64,000 nt of DNA from an uncultured delta proteobacterium (GTDB taxonomy: Bacteria; Myxococcota_A; UBA9160; UBA4427): NCBI GenBank assembly GCA_963822965.1, contig CAWGJT010000014.1, positions 64,001 to 128,000 of the forward strand, read 5' to 3'. The notes below the pieces were generated by a model, which ran no database searches, was not told the origin of the DNA, and saw only the letters and a list, made by a program, of their open reading frames with translations. Positions 52,154 to 62,549 of the stretch are shown here, in pieces. A program made the translations under genes and the position numbers. Position 1 is the stretch's first letter; each line of letters opens with the position of its first letter.

Positions 52154-53035
52154 ATGACGAAGGTGGACGTCAACGGCACGCGGCTCGAGGTGGTCGAGAG
52201 CGGAAGCGGCGAGCCCGTCGTCTTCGTGCACGGCTCGGCCAGTGACTATCGCACCTGGCAGCACCAGCTCGACGAGCTCGGTCGCAAGTACCGCGCCATC
52301 GCCTACAGCCGCCGCTACCACTGGCCCAACGACCGGATCCCGGACGGCGCCGACTACTCGATGACGGAGCACGTCGACGACCTGCAGGCGCTGCTGGGCG
52401 TGCTCGACGTCGGCCCGGTCCACCTGGTGGGCCATTCGTACGGTGCCTTCGCGTCCCTGCTGCTCGCGATCCGGGAGCCGGGCCGCGTGCGGACGCTCGC
52501 GCTGACCGAGCCGCCCGCCGTGACGCTGTTCGTGAGCAACCAGCCGAAGCCGGCGGAGCTGCTGCGCTTGCTCTTTACGCGGCCGCGCACGGCGCTCGCG
52601 ATCGCGCGCTTCGGCGCGACGGGGATCGGGCCCGCCACCGCGGCGGCGCGGCGCGGCGACCTGGACGAGGCCACGCGCATCTTTGGAACCGCGGTTCTCG
52701 GGCGGTCGTTCTTCCGGAGCCTGTCGCTCGCGCGCCGCGAGCAGGTCGCCGCCAACTCGTTCGCCGCGGAGTTCCTCGGGTCGGGCTTCGCGCCCCTGAA
52801 GGACGAGGACGTGCGCGGCGTGCAGGTGCCCACCCTGCTGGTGGCAGGACAACGCAGCCCGGCGATCTTCCACCGGGTGCTGGATCGGCTGGAGGAGCTG
52901 ATGCCCCGGAACGAGCGGATCGAGATCGCCGCCGCGTCGCACATCGTGCACGAGGACCAGGCCGAGGCCTACGACGCGGCGCTCCGGCACTTCCTGTCGG
53001 CGCACGCAGCGCGCGTCGAGGAGCGGACGACCTGA
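52154..53035 (+). CDS. Alpha/beta fold hydrolase
   Basis: FVHG, GHSYG, EPP, PTLL..G and SH motifs; AAGGAG RBS. Confidence 0.9.
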   Translation: MTKVDVNGTRLEVVESGSGEPVVFVHGSASDYRTWQHQLDELGRKYRAIAYSRRYHWPNDRIPDGADYSMTEHVDDLQALLGVLDVGPVHLVGHSYGAFASLLLAIREPGRVRTLALTEPPAVTLFVSNQPKPAELLRLLFTRPRTALAIARFGATGIGPATAAARRGDLDEATRIFGTAVLGRSFFRSLSLARREQVAANSFAAEFLGSGFAPLKDEDVRGVQVPTLLVAGQRSPAIFHRVLDRLEELMPRNERIEIAAASHIVHEDQAEAYDAALRHFLSAHAARVEERTT

Positions 53036-53053
53036 GCCGGCCGCAGTGCGCCT

Positions 53054-53785
53054 TCAGCGCCCGGCCTCGCCGCAGACCATCCAGGAGTTCGGGTCGTCGA
53101 GCACCGGTCGGCCCTGCTCGTCGACCATCTTCGCCCGGGGGTCGCAGTAGCGGACGTAGAACGCGGGGCGGGGACGACCGGAGCGGTTGGGCCCGGAAGC
53201 GTGCAGGGTGAGGCCCGTGAAGGCGACGCCCTCCCCGGCGGCCAGGTGCAGGGCTACGCCGTGGCCCGCGTGCGCGGCCTCCCGGAGCACGGGGTTCACG
53301 CCGGCGGCGTCGTGCTCGAGCAGCCCGGCCTCGTGGGATCCCGGGATCACGTACAGGCAGCCGTTCTCCTCGTTGGTGTCCACCAGGGGCACCCAGACGG
53401 TGACGTCGGTCATGGGCTCGAGCCGGCCGTAGCCGTTGTCCTGGTGCCACGGGATGTCGCTGCGCTCGTCGCCCGAGTCCGCGAGCTTGGTGACGAACTG
53501 CTGGTGGGTGAGGCACAGGTCGGAGCCCGCGAGCTGCTGCAGCAACGGGATGTGGGGACCCTGAACGCAGAAGCGGCGGATCGGCTCCGAGCGATGGCAC
53601 AGCTGGATGTTGACCCGCAGGTTCTGGTTGTGGGCGGCGCCGTAGCCGACGGGAAGCCGGAAGCGCTCTTCCTCGGCTCGTAGGCGCTCGATCTCGTCGG
53701 GCTCGAGGAGCGGGCCCAGCACCACGTAGCCCTGCTCGCGGTACCGGTCGACCTCGTCGTCGGAGAGCGCGCTGCGAAACGCCAT
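53054..53785 (-). CDS. Phytanoyl-CoA dioxygenase family protein
   Basis: WHQD, W.PL.D...ENGCL.VIPGSH and LHASGPN.S..R motifs. Confidence 0.9.
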   Translation of the reverse strand: MAFRSALSDDEVDRYREQGYVVLGPLLEPDEIERLRAEEERFRLPVGYGAAHNQNLRVNIQLCHRSEPIRRFCVQGPHIPLLQQLAGSDLCLTHQQFVTKLADSGDERSDIPWHQDNGYGRLEPMTDVTVWVPLVDTNEENGCLYVIPGSHEAGLLEHDAAGVNPVLREAAHAGHGVALHLAAGEGVAFTGLTLHASGPNRSGRPRPAFYVRYCDPRAKMVDEQGRPVLDDPNSWMVCGEAGR

Positions 53786-53870
53786 CGCCACCTCACGCGG
53801 GAGGGTACGCGGAAGCGTCGGCGATCGCGAAGCCCGGCCACCCGTGGGCCGGCGGACTCCGTCTCGGCGT

Positions 53871-54605
53871 TCAGCGTCGTCGTGCGACGACGAGCCCGAA
53901 GAGCCCCAGGCCGATGAGCAGCCCCGTGGTGGGCTCCGGCACGGGGAACACCGCGAAGTTGCTCGTGAACGAGGCCGAGTCGCCCGGCGTGAGCGTGAAG
54001 TCGAGCTGGATCCCGATGCTCGTGGTCACGGCGGGGCCGGGGAAGCTCGGCGGTGCGGGCAGGCCGAAGTCTACGTAGGCCAGGTTGCCGCTGCCGAGGG
54101 CGGGAGCCGTGGCGGACGACGGATCGCCGTAGAGGGTCTTGAACGAGGCGCCGTCGATCAGGGCCGTGTAAAAGGCGCCTCCGGCGACCGTCGAGACGGT
54201 GGCGCCGTCGAGGTCGTTGGACGTCACGCCGCCCTGGATGGAGCCGCTCGTCAGGCTCGTCGGGCCGATCGGCGCGACCGGCAGGGTGAAGATCAGGGTG
54301 TAGTGCTGATCGACGGCGGCGGCATTGGTGACCGCCACGGTCCCGGTGACCACCGGATCGTTGTCGAAGGACAGGCTCCAGGAATCCAGCGTCAGGTCGC
54401 CGACGTCCTGGCTGCCGCCGTTGCAGGTCGAGGTGTTTCCGCTGTCGGTGCAGCCCAGCCAGGTGGTCGACTGGCTGTAGTCGCCCATCAGGCTGCCGTT
54501 CTCGTAGACCTGGAGCTCGAAGGGAATGTGATTGGCGGCGGCGGGATTCGCGAGGAGCAGGGCGGACAGCGGCAGCAACAGCCGGAGAATCGAGGTGGAG
54601 CGCAA
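53871..54605 (-). CDS. PEP-CTERM sorting domain protein
   Basis: Signal peptide; VPEPTTGLLIGLGLFGLVVARRR C-terminus. Confidence 0.88.
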   Translation of the reverse strand: MRSTSILRLLLPLSALLLANPAAANHIPFELQVYENGSLMGDYSQSTTWLGCTDSGNTSTCNGGSQDVGDLTLDSWSLSFDNDPVVTGTVAVTNAAAVDQHYTLIFTLPVAPIGPTSLTSGSIQGGVTSNDLDGATVSTVAGGAFYTALIDGASFKTLYGDPSSATAPALGSGNLAYVDFGLPAPPSFPGPAVTTSIGIQLDFTLTPGDSASFTSNFAVFPVPEPTTGLLIGLGLFGLVVARRR

Positions 54606-54848
54606 GACGGGTAACCTCCCAGAGATAGCGCCGATTATAAATGCAAGATCGGGGCCCTTCTATCGCTTTCTGCAATCCATTGATTCTCATGGACTTTCGA
54701 GAAGGTGTCCCGGCGGGGAACGGAACGGTCTTTCCCCTAGGACGGAACGTCGATTCCTCCGGTGGTCCGCCTCTGGCGCTCCCGGGGTGTGGCTGCCCCG
54801 CATGCTAGCTTCGCGTGCGACCCCGCCCGCCTGCTCGGGAGAGCCCAC

Positions 54849-56039
54849 GTGAACGGAGACTTCGCGCCCGACCTTCCCGAGTTCTACCTGGGGGACCCGC
54901 ACGCGGCGTTCCGCCGGCTGCGCCGTGAGGACCCCGTCCACTGGTACGAGGGCTCGGGGGGCGTGTGGTGCCTTCTCAAGCACGCCGACATCGAGACGGT
55001 CTCCCGCAATCCCCGGCACTTCACCTCCACCCGGGGAATCCAGATCGGTCTGAAGGTCGAAGCCATGCGACCCGGCGGCGTGCCGCCCACGATCCTGGAG
55101 ATGGATCCGCCCGAGCACAACCGCCACCGCAAGCTCGTGATCCGCGCCTTTACGCCGGGGGCCACCGCGAAGCTCGAGCCGAGGGTGCGGCAGGTGGCCC
55201 GGGACGCCGTCGCGCGCTTCGAGCCCGGCGGCCAGGTGGACCTGGTGGACGCGCTCGCGGTCCCGGTCCCCATGTACGTGATCGCCGACATGCTGGGCGT
55301 GCCGCGCGAGGACCGGGACAGCTTCAAACGCTGGTCCGACGCCATGATCGAGGCGGGCGGCGGAAAGCGCAGCCCGGCCACCGACGCCGCCCTCGGCGAA
55401 ATGCTCGGGTACCTGCAGGGGGTGCTCGACGAGCGCCGCCGCTCGCCGCGGGACGATCTCATCTCCACCCTGGCGACCGCCGAGGTGGACGGCGAGCGGC
55501 TCTCCGACCCGGAGATCCTGATGTTCGGGGTGACGCTCCTGTCCGCCGGCAACGAGACCACGCGCAACCTCGTCTCCGGCGGCGCGCTGCTGCTGATGCG
55601 ACACCCGGACGAGCGCGAGAAGCTGCTGGCCGACCCGGGGCTCCTGCCCGGGGCGGTGGAGGAGATGCTGCGCTGGTGGACGCCGGTGCACAGCTTCATC
55701 CGCACGGCCACCGAGGACACCGAGCTGCGGGGACGGCGCATTCTGGCGGGGCAGACGTTGCAGCTGCTGTACGGCTCTGCGAATCGCGACGAAGAGGTGT
55801 GGGGCCAGGACTCCGAACGCTTCGATGTGGGGCGCGACCACACGAGCCGCCGGCACCTGGCCTTCGGCTTCGGCGAGCATCTGTGCCTGGGAGCGCCGCT
55901 CGCCCGTCTCGAGGCGCGGGTGGTCTTCGAGGAGCTGCTGGCGCGGTATCCGCGCTTCGAGCCCGCCGGCGAGCCTGAAATGCTCCACTCCCGGCTGATG
56001 CACGGGGTCGAGCGGCTGCCGGTCGTGCTCTCCGCGTGA
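54849..56039 (+). CDS. Cytochrome P450
   Basis: MDPPEH, AGNETT, EEMLR, ANRD and HLAFGFGEHLCLG motifs. Confidence 0.95.
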   Translation: MNGDFAPDLPEFYLGDPHAAFRRLRREDPVHWYEGSGGVWCLLKHADIETVSRNPRHFTSTRGIQIGLKVEAMRPGGVPPTILEMDPPEHNRHRKLVIRAFTPGATAKLEPRVRQVARDAVARFEPGGQVDLVDALAVPVPMYVIADMLGVPREDRDSFKRWSDAMIEAGGGKRSPATDAALGEMLGYLQGVLDERRRSPRDDLISTLATAEVDGERLSDPEILMFGVTLLSAGNETTRNLVSGGALLLMRHPDEREKLLADPGLLPGAVEEMLRWWTPVHSFIRTATEDTELRGRRILAGQTLQLLYGSANRDEEVWGQDSERFDVGRDHTSRRHLAFGFGEHLCLGAPLARLEARVVFEELLARYPRFEPAGEPEMLHSRLMHGVERLPVVLSA

Positions 56040-57316
56040 GCGAAGCGAGCTACCGGGAGCAGGTCCGCGCGCTCTCGGACCGCATCGTCGCCGCCCAGCG
56101 CGGCATCCGCATCCTCGACGCCGTCAAGTGGGGCGACGACGTGCGGGCGGCCTTCTTCGCCGCCGGCTGCCGGGAGCTGCCACGGGTCGGCGCCGGCTAC
56201 TACGCCCCCCTCGGACTCGACCTCGGCGAGGCGCGCGAGACCTTCCGGGGCATCGAGCGGGACGTCGCGGCCCGGCTCGGCCCCGTGAACCCGGCGGGCA
56301 AGCTCATGATCCGCATGTGCGACCAGTACCTCGAGGTGCTCGACCTGCTGGAGGCCCGGGGCACACCGGAGTTCGGTCGCATCTCGCGCCATCTGTACGG
56401 CAGCCCCTCGGACGCCTTCCACGCCGGTGGCCCCTCGCTGGCCGATCTCGCGACCTCCCTCGACGAAGCGCTGCGCGGCATCGACGAGAGCTCGTTCCTC
56501 GAGCAGGCCCCCCAGGACATCCCCACGCCCCGCGCGGTGGAGCTGCTGCAGGCCCGCCTGGAGCGGGTCTTCAGCGATCCCGCCTCTCCCGTCCACGTGC
56601 GCGAGAGCGACGGCATCGTGGCGGACGCCGCCGCCGGCTCGGACTACATCAAGCTGCGCAAGGATGCCCTCTTCAGCGAGCGCGACCTCCGGGTGCTCGA
56701 GGTGCACGAAGGTTGGGTGCACGTGGGCACCACCCTGAACGGGCTGCGCCAGCCCTGCTGCACGTTCCTCTCGAAGGGGACGCCCGCGACGACCATCACC
56801 CAGGAGGGTCTCGCCCTGCTGGTGGAGATCCTGTCGGGCGCCTCGCACCCGGCGCGCCTGCGTCGCGTGACCGACCGGGTGCATGCCATCGTGCTGGCCG
56901 AGTCCGGCGCCGACTTCCTGGAGGTGTTCGAGGCGATCCGCGAGCGCGGCCGCTCGCCCGAGGAGGCCTGGGTGACCTGCGTGCGAGTGTTCCGCGGCAG
57001 CACGCCGGAAGGCGCGCCCTTCACCAAGGACCTCGCCTACCACAAGGGCTTCGTACAGGTGTACAGCTTCCTGCAGCTCGCCGTGCGGCGCGGCCGGGTC
57101 GACCGCATTCCGCTTCTCTTCTGTGGCAAGCTCACCCTCGAAGACGTGGGCATCGTGGCCGAGCTCGTGGACCAGCAGCTGATCGAGCCGCCCCGCTACC
57201 TGCCGCCGCCGCTGGCGGACCTGAACGGGCTGGCGGCCTGGCTCGCCTTCGGCAGCTTCCTGAACCGGCTGGACCTCGACCAGCTCGAGGCGGACTACGC
57301 GCGCCTGCTGGCGTGA
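56036..57316 (+). CDS. QEGLA-motif / DUF1704 metallopeptidase-like protein
   Basis: HEGWVH, TQEGLA and FTKD..Y..G motifs; GTGA overlap with the P450 gene. Confidence 0.85.
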   Translation: MSEASYREQVRALSDRIVAAQRGIRILDAVKWGDDVRAAFFAAGCRELPRVGAGYYAPLGLDLGEARETFRGIERDVAARLGPVNPAGKLMIRMCDQYLEVLDLLEARGTPEFGRISRHLYGSPSDAFHAGGPSLADLATSLDEALRGIDESSFLEQAPQDIPTPRAVELLQARLERVFSDPASPVHVRESDGIVADAAAGSDYIKLRKDALFSERDLRVLEVHEGWVHVGTTLNGLRQPCCTFLSKGTPATTITQEGLALLVEILSGASHPARLRRVTDRVHAIVLAESGADFLEVFEAIRERGRSPEEAWVTCVRVFRGSTPEGAPFTKDLAYHKGFVQVYSFLQLAVRRGRVDRIPLLFCGKLTLEDVGIVAELVDQQLIEPPRYLPPPLADLNGLAAWLAFGSFLNRLDLDQLEADYARLLA

Positions 57317-57394
57317 GGGATGTGCTGCACTCCGGCTTCGGGCCTGGCCCCGTGGCCTGCGGCACGCCCGGAAGGCGTGGGGTAGGTTGGGCGC

Positions 57395-59812
57395 GTGACC
57401 ACCGGCGACGCTTCTCTTCTGCCCTTCGCGGGCCTGCGGGTGCTCGAGCTCGCGACGGGCATCGCCGGGCCCTACGCGGGCAAGCTCCTGTGCGACGCCG
57501 GCGCCGACGTGATGAAGCTCGAGAGTCTCGGCGGCGATCCCCTGCGCGGATTCACGGCCTGCGGAGCCACCCTCGCGGCGGGCGAGGACGGGGCGCTCTT
57601 CCGATTCCTGAACGCGTCGAAGCGGAGCGCGGTGGCCGACCTCGCGAGCGACGAGGGAATCCGCTTCGCCCGGGAGCTGGCCGCTTCCTGCGACCTGGTG
57701 GTCGAGAGCTTCGGGCCCGGCGGCCTCGAGGCCCGCGGGCTGGCCCCCGAGGCCCTGACGGCCGCAAATCCCCGGCTCTCCATCGTCTCGATCTCGCCGT
57801 GGGGGCGCACCGGTCCGTGGGCCCTGCGCCCGGCCACCGAGTTCACCCACCAGGCGCGCGCGGGCTCCACCACGCGGCGCGGGCTTCCCGGCCGCACCCC
57901 CGTCGCCGCCGGCGGGCAGCTCGGTGAGTTCGCGGCGGGCACGTACGCCGCCGCCGGCGCCGTCGCGGCCTGGCTCTCGGCGCGGCGCAGCGGTGCCGGC
58001 CAGCTGGTGGACGTGTCGCTCTTCGAGGCGGTGGTGAACGTGCTGACCACCTTCTTCGCCGTGCGCGGGCGCTGGATGCCCGGGCCCATGGCGATGGCCG
58101 CCGAGGCGCCCTCCATCGAGCCCGCGAAGGACGGCTGGGTGGGCTTCTGCACCTACACGGGGCAGCAGTGGCAGGACTTCTGCGCGCTGATCGGACGGCC
58201 CGACCTGGCTCGGGACGAGCGCTTCTTCCACGCCGCCGAGCGCTTCAAGCACCGGGAGTTCCTCCAGGAGGGCATCCACGCCTGGACCCGAGATCGCACC
58301 GTGGCCGAGATCGTCGAGCTGGCGAGCCTGATGCGGATTCCGACGGCGCCGGTGCACGACGCGGACGGGGTGCTGGCCTGCGAGCACTTCGCCGCCCGGG
58401 GCGTCTTCGAGAAGAGCCCCCACGGATTCCGGCAGCCGCGGGTGCCGTACCGCCTGGGAGTCGGCGTCACGCGTCCACCCGGCCGCGCGCCGGCCCTGGG
58501 CGAGCACGACGAAGAGGTCCGGCGCGAGCTGGACTCGGCGCGACCGGCGCTCGCCGGGTCGTCCGCCGAGGGCGGCCCCGAGCTGCCCCTGGCCGGGCTC
58601 CGGGTGGTGGACCTCACCGCCTTCTGGGCCGGACCCATGGTGACCGGGTTCCTCTCCGATCTGGGCGCCGACGTCATCAAGGTGGAGTCGATCCAGCGAC
58701 CGGACGGCATCCGCTTCGTGGCCGCGAGCGGCAACCAGCCCATGTGGGAGTGGTCCGAGGTCTTCCACGGCGTGAACGCCGGCAAGCGCGGGATCACCCT
58801 GAACCTCGACGACGCTGCCGGGCGGGATCTGCTGCTGCGCCTCGTGGCCCGGGCCGACGTGGTGGTGGAGAACGCCTCGGCCCGGGTGCTCGAGAACTTC
58901 GACCTCGGGTTCGAGCGCCTGCGGGCCGACAACCCGCGGCTGCTGCTGCTCCGCATGCCCGCCTGGGGGCTGGACGGCCCCTGGCGCGACCGCACCGGCT
59001 TCGCAGCCAACGTCGAGCAGGCCAGCGGAATCGCCTGGGGAACGGGATACCCCGACGCGCCACTCGTCCCCCAGGCGTGCGATCCCATCGGCGGCATGCA
59101 CGCGGCCTTCGCGTTGCTGGCCGCGCTGGAGATCCGCCGGCGCACGGGCGAGGGACAGCAGATCGAGACGGCGCTGGTCGAGCCGGCGCTGAACGTGGCC
59201 GCGCTGCAGGTGATCGAGCGCGACGCCTACGGCGCGGGGCTGGCGCGCGACACGAACCGCGGCCCCTTCGCGGCGCCCCAGGCCATGGTCCGCTGCCGGC
59301 CGCCCCGGGACGAGCGCGACCCCGAGTGGCTGGCGGTGGCCGTGGCCGACGACGCGCAGTGGCGTGCACTGGTGGACGTGCTGGGCGCGGCAGACTGGGC
59401 GGACGATGCGGTGCTGGCCACGCCGTCCGGGCGACGGGCTGCACACGACGCCATCGACGCGCGGCTCGCGGCCTGGTGCGCCGGGCGCCAGGCGCTGGAG
59501 GCCGAGGCGGCGCTTCTGGACGCCGGCGTTCCCGCCGCGGCGGGCCTCAACGCGCACTTCGCCCTGCCGAACGCCCAGCTCGAGCACCGCGGCTTCTTCC
59601 AGCTGCTGCATCACCCGGTGACCGGCCCGACTCCCTATCCGAGCCTGCCGATGATCTTCTCGAGCTGGGGTCCGGCAAGACACACCTCGCCGCCCCCGAC
59701 CCTGGGACAGCACAACGACGAGGTGCTGGGCGGCGAGCTGGGGCTGTCCGGCGAAGAGCTCGCGAGCCTGCGCGAGCGGAAGGTGATCGGCGAGCGCCCG
59801 GCGTTCCTGTAG
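57395..59812 (+). CDS. Family III CoA-transferase (tandem CaiB/BaiF domains)
   Basis: Two copies of L.GLRV..L...AGP.....L.D.GADV.K.E, each followed by N..KR; P.LG.H tails. Confidence 0.92.
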   Translation: MTTGDASLLPFAGLRVLELATGIAGPYAGKLLCDAGADVMKLESLGGDPLRGFTACGATLAAGEDGALFRFLNASKRSAVADLASDEGIRFARELAASCDLVVESFGPGGLEARGLAPEALTAANPRLSIVSISPWGRTGPWALRPATEFTHQARAGSTTRRGLPGRTPVAAGGQLGEFAAGTYAAAGAVAAWLSARRSGAGQLVDVSLFEAVVNVLTTFFAVRGRWMPGPMAMAAEAPSIEPAKDGWVGFCTYTGQQWQDFCALIGRPDLARDERFFHAAERFKHREFLQEGIHAWTRDRTVAEIVELASLMRIPTAPVHDADGVLACEHFAARGVFEKSPHGFRQPRVPYRLGVGVTRPPGRAPALGEHDEEVRRELDSARPALAGSSAEGGPELPLAGLRVVDLTAFWAGPMVTGFLSDLGADVIKVESIQRPDGIRFVAASGNQPMWEWSEVFHGVNAGKRGITLNLDDAAGRDLLLRLVARADVVVENASARVLENFDLGFERLRADNPRLLLLRMPAWGLDGPWRDRTGFAANVEQASGIAWGTGYPDAPLVPQACDPIGGMHAAFALLAALEIRRRTGEGQQIETALVEPALNVAALQVIERDAYGAGLARDTNRGPFAAPQAMVRCRPPRDERDPEWLAVAVADDAQWRALVDVLGAADWADDAVLATPSGRRAAHDAIDARLAAWCAGRQALEAEAALLDAGVPAAAGLNAHFALPNAQLEHRGFFQLLHHPVTGPTPYPSLPMIFSSWGPARHTSPPPTLGQHNDEVLGGELGLSGEELASLRERKVIGERPAFL

Positions 59813-59912
59813 CGGCATCGGCGCGCGCGCCGTGCAACGTTGCGCGGCGGTCGTGTGAGCGACGGGCGGAGCCTCCAGGGGTGATACGCGTGCGGGCGGT
59901 TATCCTCGCGAC

Positions 59913-60317
59913 ATGCCCCTTCGCCACGAGCTTCGCGACGGTGTCCTGTGGTTCGTCACCGAGGGCGACGTCGACTACGAGGCCGGGCTCGGCGTGCTCG
60001 AGCAGGGCATCGAAGAGGCGCATCGCGCCGCCGCGGACCGCCGCTGGGACGTGGTCTTCGACATCCGGGAGTCGGCGGAGAATCGCAGCAAGCACGAGCT
60101 CGTGGGCGTGGCCGCCTTCGTCGCGGGTCACCGCGACGTGCTGTCGGGTCGCTGCGCGGTGGTCGCCAGCGACCCCTTCCACTTCGCCCTGGCGCGCATG
60201 TTCAGCGCGCACGCGGAGAGCCGGGGCGTCGAGGCGCTGGTGACCCGCGACGTCCGGGCCGCCCTCGACTGGCTCGCGACCCGGGCCGCCACGAACGAGC
60301 GCGCCGGCGATCCGTGA
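59913..60317 (+). CDS. STAS/SEC14 (SpoIIAA-like) protein
   Basis: G.V..E...., FD.RE, R.AVV.....F.LARMF and A.DWL patterns. Confidence 0.65.
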   Translation: MPLRHELRDGVLWFVTEGDVDYEAGLGVLEQGIEEAHRAAADRRWDVVFDIRESAENRSKHELVGVAAFVAGHRDVLSGRCAVVASDPFHFALARMFSAHAESRGVEALVTRDVRAALDWLATRAATNERAGDP

Positions 60318-60320
60318 GCC

Positions 60321-62549
60321 TCAGCCGCTGCCGGGGAGGGGCACGCGTCCGGGCGCGGGCTCGCCCTCGGTCGAGACCAGGTTGCCCATGAACAGGGTGC
60401 TGTTCTTCACGAAGAAGAAGCCGCGCAGCCCGCTGGCCAGCTCGGAGATGCGCTTCGCGTAGGCATCCTCCTCGCCGGACTTCGGGGTCGCCAGGCCCAG
60501 CAGCACCAGGTCGGCCTCTCCGCTCTCGGCATGGATGACCTGGGCGACGCTCTCTTCCGGAGGCTTCACGAAGACGTGCACGTCGGCGGCGATGCGAATC
60601 TCCGGAATCAGCTGCTCGAGAATTCGCTCGGTCTCGGCCTTCATCAGCTCGTTCGAGGCCATGCTCAGCACGCGGATGCGAGCGTTGCGCCACTCGGGGT
60701 TGCGGGTCAGCAGGTAGGCCAGCAGCAGCATCAGGTCGCCGTTGCGCTGCAGGCCGCCCCACCACACGTGCACGCTGCGCTGTCCCCGGCCGGTGGGGAT
60801 CTCGGGCGCGCGGCCGATCAGCAGCGACTTGTGCAGCTTCTCGAGCCGGCCGATGACCCGCAGCAGCGCGGTCAGCCCGGCCAGGCTCGACGGCCACCCG
60901 AGCAGCACCGTGTTCGACTCGATGCCGGCGATGCCGTTCGCCTGGGCGACGCTCACGATCCCCTGCTCCACGGACGGGACGACGTTGACCTCGGCGAAGG
61001 CGACCAGGCCCTCCTGGTCGAGCTGGGCCTGGATGTCCGCCTGGCGCTCCAGGGGATCGACCTCGAGCAGGGCCAGGTCGGCCACCAGCAGCTCGCAGAC
61101 GGTCACCACGCCGCGGTCCTGGCTGAACCAGTCGCCGAAGCGCACCAGGTCGAGGCGCTCCTCGATGGGCTCGGTGAACACCAGCACGTGGGGGCGCCAG
61201 CTTCGCGCGGTGCTCGGACGCCGCATCATGTGCAGCAACGCCCAGCGGATCAGCGCCTCGTAGACCCCGCGCCGGACGTCGCCCCAGTCGGCCCGGCGCT
61301 CGCGTCGCTGCAGCAGCAGCCACAGCCCCAGCACCGTCGCCATCGCGACGACGCTCGCCGTGGCGCTGATGAGGAGCATGACCGCGAAGCAGGCCAGCGC
61401 TCCCGCCAGGCACACCGGCCAGGGCGCGTGGATCGCCGGTCGCCAGGACGGCGCGAGGGAGATGCCCTCCAGGGCGGCGGCGAGATTGACGGTGCCGTAG
61501 ACCGTCAGGAAGAAGAGGGTCACCACGCTGGCGACGGAGTTGAGGTCGCCGAGGAGCACGGCCCCCAGGGCGATCGCCAGCGTCACCGCCAGGCCGACGA
61601 CGGGCTCGCCCCCGCCGTTGGCGGAAGCCAGCTGGCGGGGTGCGACGCGATCCATCGCCAGGGCCTGCAGGGTGCGCGGAGCGCCCAGCACCGAGCCGAC
61701 CGCGGACGAGAAGATGGCGCCCCACAGGCCGGGCAGCACCAGCCAGGCGCCGAGCGGCGCGACGCGGGTCCACACCAGCGGATCGTCCCGCAGCATCTCG
61801 GGCGCCACGGCGACCGCCAGCAGGAACGGGACCATCAGGTAGACCGCGAAGCCGCTGAGCTGCGCCGCCAGGGTGCCCAGGGGAATCGAGCGCTTCGGAT
61901 CCGTCAGGTCTCCGGAAAGCCCCAGACCCGCCATGATGCCCGTGACCGCCGGAAAGAAGACCGCGAACGCCCCCCAGAACCCCACGTCTCCCGACGGCTC
62001 CGAGGCGGAGAGGTGCGACGGGTCGGCGCCGCCGATCGTTCCCAGGACGAGCGCCACCAGCGAGACGGCGATCAGGCCGAGGATCGGGATCTGGGCGCGC
62101 AGCGCCGCCCCGGCCCCCCGGAAGGCCAGGGCGCCGACGGCGGCCACGATCACGAGCGCCGCCAGCTCCACCGGCACGCCGGGCCAGACGAAGCGCAGGG
62201 ACTCGGCCAGACCGTAGGCGTACAGGGTGACCGAGAAGGCCTGGGACAGGAACAGCGGGATGCCGATGGCGCCCCCGATCTCGACCCCGAGGCTGCGGGA
62301 GATGACGTAGTACGCCCCGCCGACGCCCACCCGCGAGTTGGTGGCGACGGCCGAGATGGCCAACGTCGTCACGAAGGTGATCCCGTTGGCCAGGACCACG
62401 ATGACGAGGGTCGGCAGCAGGCCGGCGTGACCCACCACCCAGCCGAGGCGGAGGTAGAGGATGACGCCCAGGATCGTCAGGAGGGTCGGCGTGTAGACGC
62501 CGACGAAGGTCCCGAGCGACCGTCCGGGCTGAGCGGCGGGGCTCCTCAC
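60321..62549 (-). CDS. Cation-chloride cotransporter (SLC12/CCC-like) with cytoplasmic C-terminal domain
   Basis: GTF.GVYTP..LTILGVILYLRLGWVVG, GGAYYVISRSLG, FFPAVTGIMAG, WRPHVLV and VWWGG..NG.LMLLLAYLL motifs. Confidence 0.9.
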   Translation of the reverse strand: MRSPAAQPGRSLGTFVGVYTPTLLTILGVILYLRLGWVVGHAGLLPTLVIVVLANGITFVTTLAISAVATNSRVGVGGAYYVISRSLGVEIGGAIGIPLFLSQAFSVTLYAYGLAESLRFVWPGVPVELAALVIVAAVGALAFRGAGAALRAQIPILGLIAVSLVALVLGTIGGADPSHLSASEPSGDVGFWGAFAVFFPAVTGIMAGLGLSGDLTDPKRSIPLGTLAAQLSGFAVYLMVPFLLAVAVAPEMLRDDPLVWTRVAPLGAWLVLPGLWGAIFSSAVGSVLGAPRTLQALAMDRVAPRQLASANGGGEPVVGLAVTLAIALGAVLLGDLNSVASVVTLFFLTVYGTVNLAAALEGISLAPSWRPAIHAPWPVCLAGALACFAVMLLISATASVVAMATVLGLWLLLQRRERRADWGDVRRGVYEALIRWALLHMMRRPSTARSWRPHVLVFTEPIEERLDLVRFGDWFSQDRGVVTVCELLVADLALLEVDPLERQADIQAQLDQEGLVAFAEVNVVPSVEQGIVSVAQANGIAGIESNTVLLGWPSSLAGLTALLRVIGRLEKLHKSLLIGRAPEIPTGRGQRSVHVWWGGLQRNGDLMLLLAYLLTRNPEWRNARIRVLSMASNELMKAETERILEQLIPEIRIAADVHVFVKPPEESVAQVIHAESGEADLVLLGLATPKSGEEDAYAKRISELASGLRGFFFVKNSTLFMGNLVSTEGEPAPGRVPLPGSG

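Noticed and set aside
51798..52157. 119-aa ORF between the small hypothetical gene and the hydrolase
   Set aside because: No motif or clear RBS; possibly a gene fragment, but unsupported.
54884..59818. 1644-aa minus-strand ORF and similar long Arg/Ala/Gly-rich ORFs across the window
   Set aside because: These are antisense or off-frame shadows of real genes, typical of high-GC codon bias, with no recognisable motifs.
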